Shown in pieces: positions 10,406 to 20,136 of a stretch of 64,000 bases of DNA. Each line of letters begins with the position of its first letter. Positions within the stretch are counted from its first letter, which is position 1. The DNA comes from a virus: IMG/VR virus record IMGVR_UViG_3300037852_000055, positions 1-64,000 of that record; one strand, written 5' to 3'. The notes below the pieces were generated by a model. It saw nothing but the letters and a program-made list of their open reading frames with translations, did not search any database and was not told the origin of the DNA. A program made the translations under genes and the position numbers.

Positions 10406-11148
10406 CTCCACGAAGCGAATTTTCTGTATTCGTTCATCGTGTTTTATACGCACACATGTTTGCCCTAACTCTGATCTTGTTTCTGATTGGAGCGGGAGGA
10501 TATTATGGCTTAAAATCATACGACAAGGCCTTAGCACACGCTGAGGCTTTGCAGCAGCAATTTAATGTGGCACAGCAAAACTTCAACACGTCACAAAAAG
10601 CACTTACAGACCTGCTAGCAGCTGATGCTGCAGAGCGTGCTCAGCAAAGTTCTCAACAAGCTGCTTTGGTATTACAGATAGCCCAAAGGAATGCTCAGGC
10701 TCCGGCCCCGGTGGTTACCCAGGCTTTGGCACCAAATGCGGGCGTTTCCGATCTTAATTTAGGCATTAGAGCCGTTTTTACGACCACACCAGACTTTGGT
10801 ACCCCAAAGGACGAGCCGGATGGGAACCTAGGCTTAAATCGCCTAGAAACGCAAGCAGTGATAGCTTCTAAGGTGTCTGGAGACCAAGCTAAGGCTGATT
10901 TACAGGACGAAATTTCTTTGTATACCCTTGAAACAGCTAAGAACTCCAGTCTTTCCAACGACTTATCCCAATGTGTGTCAGATAATACACAGGCTAAAGT
11001 GGCCCTGGCTGAAGCTAAAAAGTCCTTAGCCGCATATGACAAGCTGTCCCACAGGTCTAAATTCCGTAAAATCCTGGGTGGAATTGGAAGAAATGCAGAG
11101 CGTATAGGTATTGCAATTGTTGCGTTTGAGCTTGGTAGGAAACTATGA
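10378..11148 (+). CDS. Membrane-anchored coiled-coil protein (spanin-like)
   Basis: N-terminal TM followed by Ala/Gln-rich coiled coils. Confidence 0.4.
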   Translation: MATTSILPVTPRSEFSVFVHRVLYAHMFALTLILFLIGAGGYYGLKSYDKALAHAEALQQQFNVAQQNFNTSQKALTDLLAADAAERAQQSSQQAALVLQIAQRNAQAPAPVVTQALAPNAGVSDLNLGIRAVFTTTPDFGTPKDEPDGNLGLNRLETQAVIASKVSGDQAKADLQDEISLYTLETAKNSSLSNDLSQCVSDNTQAKVALAEAKKSLAAYDKLSHRSKFRKILGGIGRNAERIGIAIVAFELGRKL

Positions 11149-11300
11149 ACTTAAAAGAATACAAAATTGTAGCCTGCCCTTTTCAAACCTCAGACATGAC
11201 CGAGGAATACACGGAGTACGGTACAGATGAGAAGGATGCATTGGAACAGTTTAGAAAGAAGTATGCTTTATTCTCAGTAAAAAGCGTGGAAGAAACATAA
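11145..11300 (+). CDS. Small hypothetical protein (51 aa, not in ORF track)
   Basis: ATGA overlap with the upstream stop and AGGA RBS. Confidence 0.5.
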   Translation: MNLKEYKIVACPFQTSDMTEEYTEYGTDEKDALEQFRKKYALFSVKSVEET

Positions 11301-11375
11301 GGGTGTGTACTGAGTGGTTTCAGCCCAAGGCTGTGAACCTTGTGGAAAGAAGTTCGATCCTTCACATACCCTCCA
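11300..11375 (+). tRNA. tRNA-His(GTG), atypical
   Basis: Acceptor GGGTGTG/CATACCC, anticodon arm CAAGG-CTGTGAA-CCTTG, TTCGATC T-loop, encoded CCA; A-1 opposite U73; short D loop. Confidence 0.75.
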
Positions 11376-11384
11376 TTAATAAAT

Positions 11385-11434
11385 AAAAATAGCCCAGGTT
11401 TTCCCAAAAGGGATTACCTGGGCTTTTGTTTTTG
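11385..11434. terminator. Bidirectional intrinsic terminator
   Basis: AGCCCAGGT..ACCTGGGCT stem flanked by A- and T-tracts, between convergent genes. Confidence 0.8.
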
Positions 11435-11441
11435 TGTTTTT

Positions 11442-12152
11442 TTAAAAAGTGCCGGAATATTCAATTTTATTAGAATCCAAAAAGACGTATTGGTTCCCTT
11501 TTAATCGTAGGGTTTCAGTAGGAGTAACTCCAGCATTTTGCATTTCATATATGCTTTTATACTTGGTCTCTCCTTCTAACCCATTGTCTGTGTAGAACTC
11601 TAAAGTCCAAGTGTCTCCATTTAGTACAGCATAAAGAGCTACTAAACGAGATAGATGAAGATCCTCTACTTTTGATGGTTTATCAACTTTTCCATTGACT
11701 TGACTTGCTTGTTGTAGAGCATAACGAGAAGTTAGCCCCTTTTCTACAATGACTTTTCCTAGTCCTGCAACTAAATCAGAAGACTCAGGAATGTAACTGT
11801 GGTTAGACAACATTGTTAGCAAGGTTTGTGGTGCTTTAATCCAAGGGTGCTGTACTAGTACGGCGTTGTTTACAGGCTTAGGATCTGCACACATTGTCTT
11901 TTGTTCTGCGGTGGCTGTCTCTGGGTGTTGTTTGGCATCTATGCAGCCATAACCAGGGATGCATCCTCCTATGTTCATACAAGTGGCAGTACGGCCAATC
12001 ACTACAATTTGGCAGGTACAATAATTGCCACCTGAGTCGTAGCAAAAAATTCCTACACAACCAGCACAAACATTTTTATAGGGGGCTTGTGCTTGGGATA
12101 CTCCTAGGCAACAAGCTAGGGCTAATACAAGACTAATAATAAACTTCTTCAT
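11442..12152 (-). CDS. Secreted protein with Cys-rich N-terminal domain
   Basis: Signal peptide MKKFIISLVLALACCLGVSQA; dense Cys cluster in the first 90 aa. Confidence 0.6.
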   Translation of the reverse strand: MKKFIISLVLALACCLGVSQAQAPYKNVCAGCVGIFCYDSGGNYCTCQIVVIGRTATCMNIGGCIPGYGCIDAKQHPETATAEQKTMCADPKPVNNAVLVQHPWIKAPQTLLTMLSNHSYIPESSDLVAGLGKVIVEKGLTSRYALQQASQVNGKVDKPSKVEDLHLSRLVALYAVLNGDTWTLEFYTDNGLEGETKYKSIYEMQNAGVTPTETLRLKGNQYVFLDSNKIEYSGTF

Positions 12153-12190
12153 TTATAAACCTTTTCTCTTACTGATCAGGCAGTAAGCAC

Positions 12191-12463
12191 CTACTCTTCT
12201 GTAATGATTTCTTCTACTTCTTCCACGAGGGATTCAAGGTTCTCTCTGAGATCTTCATAGTACTGCCTGAGTTCCTTCTTGGAATAAAGTTCTGAGCTTG
12301 CCAGAACTAAGCATTGGTGTGGGCCATGGAAAACAATTTCTTCTCCATCGAAAGTTACATTGCTATCCACCACGGCTTCTGCAAAGGTTTCATCATTGTC
12401 TTCCTCAGCAGTGCCTGAGGATTCTTCTCCTTCTAGTTCTTCGTCTATTTCATTATGTAGCAT
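12191..12463 (-). CDS. Acidic hypothetical protein
   Basis: AGGAG RBS; very Glu/Asp-rich. Confidence 0.6.
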   Translation of the reverse strand: MLHNEIDEELEGEESSGTAEEDNDETFAEAVVDSNVTFDGEEIVFHGPHQCLVLASSELYSKKELRQYYEDLRENLESLVEEVEEIITEE

Positions 12464-12612
12464 TGTTTTCTCCTAGGTGTTCTGTTTGGTTTTCCCTTCG
12501 TATAATTCTCTTTACACGACTTTCAATAAGCTGAGCTTGTTCTACAGCTTCATCGTCATTGCATACTCCGTTTGACATAAGTATTGCAATTATTAGGTTT
12601 AGCCTGTCTTCT

Positions 12613-12873
12613 CTATTCATTGGGTATATCCTCTGGATTCTTAGGGAGCAAATTTATGGTTCTGCCGTACTCAGGGTAATCATCGTAGTTGGCCTGCATA
12701 TAAAACTCAAGTAACCTAATGGCTGAGCCAAGTTCTACGATGCGTACTTTATCATCCTCGGTAATATGCCCAGTAGATGCTATGCGTAAACCTTCGCTCC
12801 ACAGTTCGTGCAGCTCCATTAAGTGTTCTATGCGTTTGCCTACATGATCCATGTCTACACCAGTAACTAGCAT
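12613..12873 (-). CDS. Hypothetical protein
   Basis: Packed ORF in the minus-strand operon. Confidence 0.5.
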   Translation of the reverse strand: MLVTGVDMDHVGKRIEHLMELHELWSEGLRIASTGHITEDDKVRIVELGSAIRLLEFYMQANYDDYPEYGRTINLLPKNPEDIPNE

Positions 12874-13157
12874 ACAGGGTTAGACTCCTTAGGAACATCC
12901 TTAGGCAATACAACGGTTTTACCCACAGCATCTAGCATGTTTTGAAGCTCAAGATCATACTCTGGTTTCCACCCACCTCCTCCTTTGGGTGACCAAGGCC
13001 ATGGTTTAGGTTCTCTGTCCCTCCACCTATCTCCTCCTTCATTTTTGTCTCCTCTGTGTTTCCATGCTTTGTACAATTCATAGATGCAATAGATAACCAA
13101 AGTTGCTGGGAATATGTACATAGCGTAGGCCGTTATTGTGAACCATAGGGGCGTCAT
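12867..13157 (-). CDS. Single-TM membrane protein downstream of the endolysin (possible holin/accessory)
   Basis: ATGA coupling to the endolysin stop; N-terminal TM. Confidence 0.45.
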   Translation of the reverse strand: MTPLWFTITAYAMYIFPATLVIYCIYELYKAWKHRGDKNEGGDRWRDREPKPWPWSPKGGGGWKPEYDLELQNMLDAVGKTVVLPKDVPKESNPVC

Positions 13158-13615
13158 TGGTTTGCCCTGTTTTCCCATCCTTCAAGAAATTTGGATTCCT
13201 CAGGATTAGCAGCTACAATGTCTTTGTAATGCTGCACAAGATTAGTCCTGTATAACGGTAGGAAATTCTCCGCTGTAAAGCTGTTGATTGCTGTTTCAGT
13301 TACAGGACCATACACGCCATCCTGCTTAGAAAAGCCCACTGTCTTTTGGGCAATTTTTATAGCGGCATGCATCATATTCACATAGGAATCGAAAATCTTA
13401 TTAGCAATGGCTTGGTCTGTTATTCCTCCGAATTTCCAAAAATCTCTCAAGTAAATTGCCTTGGCATCTTCAATGGTTAGGTTCTTAACATCAACGTCGG
13501 GATAAGTACGTTTGCTTATGCCATACTTAGTTTCTCCACCGGGGTCTGCTGGATCGTCCACCAGACCCCCTTCATTTTTCAGTGTAATCTCAACTGCTGG
13601 TTCAAAGTTTGCCAT
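13154..13615 (-). CDS. Glycoside hydrolase family 108 lysozyme (endolysin)
   Basis: EGG..DDPADPGGETKYGI, Y..DFW, DG.YGP.T, FLEGW.NR. Confidence 0.9.
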   Translation of the reverse strand: MANFEPAVEITLKNEGGLVDDPADPGGETKYGISKRTYPDVDVKNLTIEDAKAIYLRDFWKFGGITDQAIANKIFDSYVNMMHAAIKIAQKTVGFSKQDGVYGPVTETAINSFTAENFLPLYRTNLVQHYKDIVAANPEESKFLEGWENRANQ

Positions 13616-14634
13616 TAAGTCCCCACAGTTTCCCAGTACATAACCTCTGTACCTGCTACTAGGTTTCTATTGGTACTAGTGCTTTGAATGAACACATCAA
13701 AATTGCCGTGGTCACCCGGTGCCAAATGGATGATGCCTTGTTTAGGCAGACCAAGGAGATCCCTAGCATTTGCCCCGGCATATACATCACCAGAGAATTT
13801 GTCCCGAATGGCAATAAGCTTATTGCTTTGTACTGCTTTCTCTACTTTAGATAATTGGTAGAAAGCACTGCCTAGACGCATAGTGTGTCTAAGTTTTCGT
13901 TCAATAAAAGGCTTGATAACTTCCCCACCTGTACGCACAGGAAAGAATAAAACTTCCGAAGAAATATTCTTAAGCTTGTCTTTTACTTGTTTGGTGGTTA
14001 CACCTTTTAAATCAGCGTAGAAACTGTCAGTGGCAGTCATGCCGCGTGTACGACCACCATAGTAAGCATTCATAGCAGATAAAGTTTGTACAGTAGCTTG
14101 TTTAATTCCTTTCTCTGTTTGTTCCCATTCCTGAATATTGCCTAAGGGAATTCCTAGGTTACGCAAAGTATGCCCATAGTTTACTGGAACACGGAATACA
14201 AAAGTCCAACGATCAGTTGCTTGGAGCTTGCTAATTTTTTCTCCTAAAACATTTCCTTTGGTTTTAGAAGAGTTTTCTGCACCATCTGTAATGGCCATTA
14301 CTAGGAAACTTACATTAGGGTCTTTTGAGTCCGGTGCAGTTTCCAATATAGAAATTAACTCAGCTACACTATCAAACAGTGGAGTAGAAATTCCGTCTGT
14401 AACATAAGTTTCTAAAGGCTTAAGCCTTGACACCCCTGAGTTAACCACAGTGCGTTCCACTGTTCCTTTACAGCCTCGTCCACACTCTACCACACTTACT
14501 ACTGTGTCAATGTCTTGCTTTTCAGCCGCATCTTTAATAGCGGAGATGTTCTGGTTATAGTCGTTCATTGCATGTCTCGCCAAACTCGACATAGAACCAC
14601 TGTGATCTCGGCTAATGCCTATGTATTGTTTCAT
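13615..14634 (-). CDS. von Willebrand factor A domain protein
   Basis: MIDAS-type DHSGSM, TPL.D, ITDG.EN. Confidence 0.85.
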   Translation of the reverse strand: MKQYIGISRDHSGSMSSLARHAMNDYNQNISAIKDAAEKQDIDTVVSVVECGRGCKGTVERTVVNSGVSRLKPLETYVTDGISTPLFDSVAELISILETAPDSKDPNVSFLVMAITDGAENSSKTKGNVLGEKISKLQATDRWTFVFRVPVNYGHTLRNLGIPLGNIQEWEQTEKGIKQATVQTLSAMNAYYGGRTRGMTATDSFYADLKGVTTKQVKDKLKNISSEVLFFPVRTGGEVIKPFIERKLRHTMRLGSAFYQLSKVEKAVQSNKLIAIRDKFSGDVYAGANARDLLGLPKQGIIHLAPGDHGNFDVFIQSTSTNRNLVAGTEVMYWETVGT

Positions 14635-14920
14635 TTTTCTCCTATTTCATGTGATGAATTATGTAGTACAATCCATAGGCTTGAAGCAGAGCAGACACCA
14701 CTTGTACAATGTCTGATACCACAGCAGCTATGGTAAATATGGTTTCCTTTTTGTTGTGGCTAAGGGTCATCCTATGGCACCCCTTAGGGTTAGTACTGCA
14801 ATAACTACACAAAGTACTCCAGGGATCATTGCCAACAGTGGGCTATCAGCGTTGATCAAAGCCACGGTTAGCGCAAACAATAAGGTTGCCAAAGCATACC
14901 TTTTAAGTACTTGCTTAGGA

Positions 14921-15328
14921 CTAAACATTGGCCTCCTTTGGTTTACCCACGGTTACTTTGCAGGGTTTCTTGCACAAGTTACAGCGCCAATGCCCTAAAC
15001 CCTTGGGTTCACTTTTCATTTTACCAGACTCAGGATCTTTAGCAACTTGCTTTTCCCCTGCCTTGGGTTTAGTAGCTGGAGCACCACAGCAAACACTAGT
15101 GTATTCCCTACTTGGCTTTTGCTGAACTATTGGCCTTGGGGCTGGTTTGTTTTGCTTTGCCCATCTTCGGCGTTTTTCGTTGCGTGTCTCCTTCTTTTGA
15201 CCGGAGGTATTCTTGGTATTTTGCTTTGGTTTCTGCTGTGAAACTTGCATAGTATTCGTCTTCTTCTCCGATGTTGTTCCTGAAGTCAATACCAAGTTCG
15301 TAGAGCTTTGGTTCTGTTGAACTGTCAT
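14921..15328 (-). CDS. Basic protein with Zn-ribbon-like Cys pairs
   Basis: SVCCGA and WRCNLCKKPC; AAGGAG upstream. Confidence 0.55.
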   Translation of the reverse strand: MTVQQNQSSTNLVLTSGTTSEKKTNTMQVSQQKPKQNTKNTSGQKKETRNEKRRRWAKQNKPAPRPIVQQKPSREYTSVCCGAPATKPKAGEKQVAKDPESGKMKSEPKGLGHWRCNLCKKPCKVTVGKPKEANV

Positions 15329-15355
15329 AGAACACCTTAGTTCTCCTTTGTTAAT

Positions 15356-15958
15356 TTATTGGCCAAACATTGCTGGGGACAACTTATTCATTTCCTCTGT
15401 AAACTGCTGTAGGTAAAAAGTGTTCTGCCCAGTTAATTCATAGAACCTGAATAGGAATATACGCTCAGCTTCTTTGGTGCTCCATGGTTCTATTTTATCA
15501 GGATATGGCTCTACACCTACGATGCTATCCCCCTTAGGCATTAAATCCCTGTATTCCGTTGCCAGAAGCCTTGTGTCTATTAATTTCACTTCCTTAGGCT
15601 CTTCCAAGGGTAAACCAAAGTGTTTCATAATTGCTGCTTGGCTTATTTTCTCATGCTTCCTATACTCAGCCATATTAGCAATGTGTTTCAAAGGCCGGGA
15701 AACATCTGCACAAAGACTTTCGCTAGCATCATGGAGTAGACCCCAAAGTTGATTCTCAGGAGAACACACATAGGAAACCCTAACTGAATGCTCTGCGACA
15801 GAGTACATATTAGCAAGGACATGCCCAGTAAATCTACAGAGCCGTGCCAGAGAATGTGCAATGAATTCAATATGCACATCCTCAGGCCTAGGATCAGAGT
15901 GGTACCAACGGGTTCCCAAGGAAGTAGTAATGTACGGTAGATGTTCTCGGTCATTCAT
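15356..15958 (-). CDS. HD-domain 5'-deoxynucleotidase (YfbR/YfdR-like)
   Basis: IAHSL...CRFTGH, YSVAEHS, LLHDASE, DVSRPLK. Confidence 0.85.
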   Translation of the reverse strand: MNDREHLPYITTSLGTRWYHSDPRPEDVHIEFIAHSLARLCRFTGHVLANMYSVAEHSVRVSYVCSPENQLWGLLHDASESLCADVSRPLKHIANMAEYRKHEKISQAAIMKHFGLPLEEPKEVKLIDTRLLATEYRDLMPKGDSIVGVEPYPDKIEPWSTKEAERIFLFRFYELTGQNTFYLQQFTEEMNKLSPAMFGQ

Positions 15959-15970
15959 AGTTTTACCTTT

Positions 15971-16321
15971 TTACCAAGTAATTTTCAGAGCGTAAGGTGT
16001 GTATTCTTCAACTTTAAAACCTTTGTCTCTGTAGTGCTTTATTAGGGTCTGGTGGATTATATAATCTGACTCTCCTAACCATATAATAGGGTCACCGCCA
16101 GGGTTAATGTCAGACGGTTCATAAATACTATGGTAGCCCCCTAGAGCTGCTTTTTTAATGTAACCATCAATTCTTCTAGTTAGCTCAGGCCCACGTTTTT
16201 TCCATAAAGTGGCTTCAGCTTTGTCTTCTTTCTTTTTCCTTGCATCATTCCACTGGTTATTTTCCTTGGTAGTTTTTTCTAGCCAATTTTTAGCATGTCC
16301 TCGGGCTTCTAAGGCATTCAT
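15971..16321 (-). CDS. Hypothetical protein
   Basis: ATGA-coupled to recA. Confidence 0.55.
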   Translation of the reverse strand: MNALEARGHAKNWLEKTTKENNQWNDARKKKEDKAEATLWKKRGPELTRRIDGYIKKAALGGYHSIYEPSDINPGGDPIIWLGESDYIIHQTLIKHYRDKGFKVEEYTPYALKITW

Positions 16322-18384
16322 AGTTTCTCCATTGGTAATGCAGGAGTAGAACCTACGGGTTCCTCTGCAAGTGTCTTTACATATTCCTTTATTTTCTTTT
16401 GCAGCTTAGTGATAACCTCTGGACTGTTCCTAAGTGTTTCCTTAAGGTTGTCCAAACCATTTGCAATGCGTTCTCCATCCATCCAGTACCAAGAACCCTT
16501 GGATTCAAACAGGCCATGTTTCGCTGCATATGCAATGGTATCTGCTACCTTATCAAAGCCTGGTTGACGGCCAGCTCCGGGGTACAAAAGGTCAAGCTCA
16601 GCAGTTCTAAAGGGTATACCACCCTTATTCTTTTCAATACGCATGATAAGCTTGTGCCCAACAATGTTTTCTTTAGTGCCTTCCCAAATGGCTTCTCCTC
16701 GGCGTACTTTAATACGACTTGACGCTGCAAATTTCAGGGCACGTCCCCCGGTGGTGGTTTCAGGATTGCCATACATTACCCCAATCTTTTCCCTCACCTG
16801 GTTCAAAAAAACTAAACTGACCATGTTCTTAGAGCACTTACCTACAAGTATACGCATGGCTTGTGCCATCATACGGGCCTGTAGGCCCATATGTGAATTG
16901 TGACAAACAATGTTACCCAAAGCACATACAAAGGTTCCAGCTTTAGTGCTTATGTCATATAAATACTCTGGCCCCTTTACTTCATAAAATGCTCTTATTT
17001 CTGCTGGGTGGTTTTGCAAGCGTTTGGGGGCTTCACTAAGGGTTAGTTGCCACTCCCTCTCTTTAGTTACTACTACATTAGTTTGTATTCCTAAGGAACT
17101 ATTTAGGTATTGTATTCCAGCAATGGCTGGCCACGAAGTGTTAAAGTATTTTCTAGGACCATCGCTAGAATGATTACCGTCCCCTTCCCAAAACCCTGTA
17201 AGAAAAGACTTCTTAACAGTTTCTGTGCCGTTAAGAATAAACAGTGGCACGCATTTTTTTAAAGATAGTTCAGAAATACAAGACTGCATTAGAAAACCTA
17301 AACTAGTGTCAGTGGGGCAGTCCATAGCGTACAGGGCTTTTCTATTGCCTTTAGCCTTATTAACCATGCGTACTGTCCCTTTTATGGAAAAATTATTAAG
17401 TACAAGTGTTTTGCATTTTTCCATTCTGTATTTATCAGTACCACAAACTGAAAACCTATTGCAACCACTAGTTCTTGGGGTAGACCCCTCTGCTACATAC
17501 ATACCTAGAAGCCAGGCAATATCTTCGTTAACTACCGAGCATGTTCCAGATGTAGGAGGCGTTTGTATATCTAGCCTATCAAAAACAGACAGTTCTGCTG
17601 GAGATACTTCCTTTCCATTTATAAATAATGAATGATCTTTTGTTGTCCCTATGTATCCTGTAGAAGTACGAGTGTATACTATGGGTTTATTTTTTACATT
17701 TTTCTTTTTTTGCACACCTAGTAAAGGAACCCATCCCTTGTGGGATAAGACTTCTAACATTGATGTTTTTGTATACCATCCTGTAGCATTTCCTTTGTGG
17801 AATAGGTCACCTATTTGTACTATATTTACGGCTGTGCTTCCTTTTCTTCTGATGTAGACAGGGGTTTCGTAAACCACGCTATCTCCAATGTCCCCTGCCA
17901 ACTCTGCTTCTGGTACTAGGGCAGCTACTGAGTCTACCACGATAAGGCTAACCGCCCCTGTCTCCACCAGCCCATCCACGGCTTGTAAAGCTTGTTCCCC
18001 AGACATTGGTTGTGTAAAAACCAACCTGTCTAGGTTTACCCCTAGGGCTTTTGCATAGTTAGGGTCTAGGGCGTGCTCGGCATCTACATAGGCTGCTAGG
18101 CCCCCTAGCCTTTGCTCCTCAGCTACAATGTGCAGAGCCGTGGTGGTTTTCCCGGCAGACTCTCCACCAAACAGCTCCACAATGCGCCCCCTAGGGATTC
18201 CTCCGAATTGTAAAGCCTCGTAATCAAATGATGGAAGTCCTGTGGGTATACAAGGGATAAGCATAAGTTTTTTACTGTTCAGAAATACCAAGGAGTTTTC
18301 TGTTTTATGTTCCTTGTCCAATTTTTCTGACAAAGCTTTTACAGAGGCCATCTTTTGTTTTTCAGTTAATTCTTCTGTCGGCAT
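16318..18384 (-). CDS. recA: RecA recombinase containing an intein
   Basis: [61 protein letters not shown]. Confidence 0.95.
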   Translation of the reverse strand: MPTEELTEKQKMASVKALSEKLDKEHKTENSLVFLNSKKLMLIPCIPTGLPSFDYEALQFGGIPRGRIVELFGGESAGKTTTALHIVAEEQRLGGLAAYVDAEHALDPNYAKALGVNLDRLVFTQPMSGEQALQAVDGLVETGAVSLIVVDSVAALVPEAELAGDIGDSVVYETPVYIRRKGSTAVNIVQIGDLFHKGNATGWYTKTSMLEVLSHKGWVPLLGVQKKKNVKNKPIVYTRTSTGYIGTTKDHSLFINGKEVSPAELSVFDRLDIQTPPTSGTCSVVNEDIAWLLGMYVAEGSTPRTSGCNRFSVCGTDKYRMEKCKTLVLNNFSIKGTVRMVNKAKGNRKALYAMDCPTDTSLGFLMQSCISELSLKKCVPLFILNGTETVKKSFLTGFWEGDGNHSSDGPRKYFNTSWPAIAGIQYLNSSLGIQTNVVVTKEREWQLTLSEAPKRLQNHPAEIRAFYEVKGPEYLYDISTKAGTFVCALGNIVCHNSHMGLQARMMAQAMRILVGKCSKNMVSLVFLNQVREKIGVMYGNPETTTGGRALKFAASSRIKVRRGEAIWEGTKENIVGHKLIMRIEKNKGGIPFRTAELDLLYPGAGRQPGFDKVADTIAYAAKHGLFESKGSWYWMDGERIANGLDNLKETLRNSPEVITKLQKKIKEYVKTLAEEPVGSTPALPMEKL
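16897..17880 (-). mobile_element. 328-aa intein with LAGLIDADG homing endonuclease in recA
   Basis: Interrupts GDIGD|SHMG; starts Ser (SVVYETPV), block [14 protein letters not shown] and [10 protein letters not shown], ends CHN followed by Ser. Confidence 0.92.
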
Positions 18385-18765
18385 TTATTCCTCAGTTTCC
18401 CAGTGTGGATCTGTATCAATTTTGTATTTTCCAAAAGTTAACACACCATCAACACTAGAGCACTTAGTAGGTTTTTCAAATCTTACTCTTAACATGCCTT
18501 TTGGTGTTTCTTTTGTAGATAAACTAATAGGTACTACCCCTATCATTCCAGCATCCACTGGGTATTTATTATTAAACTGATCATAATACTCACCATCCCC
18601 AAAGGCTGTACTAAATGCTATTGCTATCTTTCTGCCTACTTTGTAAGGTTTTTTAAAATGGTCTGATGAGTTTAAAATTTTCATCCAAGCTTTTTGGGTT
18701 CCTTGCAAAGCATAACAAGGATCTCCAAGGTAATATGTTCCTGCTGGTACTGTGTAGTTTTCCAT
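18385..18765 (-). CDS. Conserved phage hypothetical protein
   Basis: YYLGDPCY, TAFGDG.Y.D, VDAG.IG motifs. Confidence 0.6.
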   Translation of the reverse strand: MENYTVPAGTYYLGDPCYALQGTQKAWMKILNSSDHFKKPYKVGRKIAIAFSTAFGDGEYYDQFNNKYPVDAGMIGVVPISLSTKETPKGMLRVRFEKPTKCSSVDGVLTFGKYKIDTDPHWETEE

Positions 18766-19253
18766 TAAATTATCTCCTGTGGTATATCCTTAGGTTCTTC
18801 CTTAGGCATTAATGACATAGCAAGAAATCCATGGAATTGCCGTACAAACTTTTTTCCATACCGCGCAACCAATGCCTTGACTCCCTGCTCAGTAAGAACC
18901 TTATGCACGTCCTCAAGGTTTACAGCGGTCATGAAATAGGCTACCCAGCAATCTACACAGTTTATACTTGGGGGTTTCGTAGCAGAAAACTTAGCCGCAT
19001 GACCACAAGCCTTTACCACCCCATGTACCTGAGTTAGGTATTGGCGTCTAAGTTGGCCTATTTGTTTCCGTGTAAGCTTGGGTTGTTCCTTAGGAGGTTC
19101 CGTAGAAACAGTTTCTACTGGCAAATTTCTTTGCATAGCACAAACACAGCTTGCAGACAATGCTGAATCTTCCTTGAAACCATGGCAAGCAGTGTTGTCC
19201 TTTTCTTTATCAGTTAAACTGCTCTGGTTCGGTTCCAAGCTGTTCTCTGTCAT
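18765..19253 (-). CDS. Hypothetical protein
   Basis: GGGAGG upstream; Cys/His motifs. Confidence 0.5.
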   Translation of the reverse strand: MTENSLEPNQSSLTDKEKDNTACHGFKEDSALSASCVCAMQRNLPVETVSTEPPKEQPKLTRKQIGQLRRQYLTQVHGVVKACGHAAKFSATKPPSINCVDCWVAYFMTAVNLEDVHKVLTEQGVKALVARYGKKFVRQFHGFLAMSLMPKEEPKDIPQEII

Positions 19254-19617
19254 GCATTGCCTCCCGCATTTGTTGATTTTTAATCCTAAAGTACAAAGAG
19301 CGATATGCTCCGGTAATCCCTAGGCCATTTGCATCGAATATAACCCCTAACGCTTCCTTCACATGTGCAGGAATAAGCTCAGGTTGCTCTTGGTATGATA
19401 GGCGTAGAAACATAGCATAATCCAAAGGGTCTAAAATTTCTTTGGCTCTTATCTCAACGTCCCATAAAAAATCCAAAGGTTCACACTGAACTTCCCCGCT
19501 CGTATTTATTTTAGCACGGCGTACCCTTAGTGCTCCTCTGCCACTAAGCAGAGTAGAGTACAGTGCTTCCACCTCAGAGAATACTTCTTCTGGGTTAGCC
19601 TTCCACTTGCAAGGCAT
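19210..19617 (-). CDS. Hypothetical protein
   Basis: Packed ORF in operon. Confidence 0.5.
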   Translation of the reverse strand: MPCKWKANPEEVFSEVEALYSTLLSGRGALRVRRAKINTSGEVQCEPLDFLWDVEIRAKEILDPLDYAMFLRLSYQEQPELIPAHVKEALGVIFDANGLGITGAYRSLYFRIKNQQMREAMHDREQLGTEPEQFN

Positions 19618-19620
19618 TCT

Positions 19621-20136
19621 TTATAATTGTCCCTTTCTAATCCTACGTCCATATTCGGCCAAGAGTAAAGCCTCGGCGCGTCCGTCATCTTTCTTGCGTG
19701 ATAGTTGCTCAGCAATGCTTGGGAATAACGCTATGGCTTTAAACCTGCTGGCATCTTTGTCTTGTCCCATGTCTACTAGAATTTCCTTTTTCCAACGCTG
19801 AGGACTTACTAGTTCCATTGGTAGTTTATATGCAGCAATAATACCTTGCCACATACCAAAACCTTTTCCAAAGGAGAAAGAACTAGCCACCCCTTGTTTT
19901 GGCATAGAATGAACATTTTCTAGCACTACTAGTACACTGTCTCCTACTTGTGTGACGTAAGGTTCCAGTAGCAATGCCATGGCTGCTGTGCTATACTCAC
20001 GCTTTTCTTTTGCACCAGACACAGTTAGGGTGGGAGTATCAAACATTTTTATGTGGTCTAATGTTGAAGCTGTGCCTACGCAGTTTAATACCCCCACAGC
20101 TCCATTTAATCCAGGGTCAATCCCTATGTAAATCAT
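19621..20136 (-). CDS. RuvC-like Holliday junction resolvase
   Basis: IGIDPG, E.VHSMPKQGV.S.F.FG, PQRWKK, DGRAEALL. Confidence 0.9.
   Translation of the reverse strand: MIYIGIDPGLNGAVGVLNCVGTASTLDHIKMFDTPTLTVSGAKEKREYSTAAMALLLEPYVTQVGDSVLVVLENVHSMPKQGVASSFSFGKGFGMWQGIIAAYKLPMELVSPQRWKKEILVDMGQDKDASRFKAIALFPSIAEQLSRKKDDGRAEALLLAEYGRRIRKGQL

Noticed and set aside
15356-15958. HD hydrolase plus MazG as a Z-base (2-aminoadenine) pathway
   Set aside because: No PurZ in the window and the genes are unlinked; cannot be supported.
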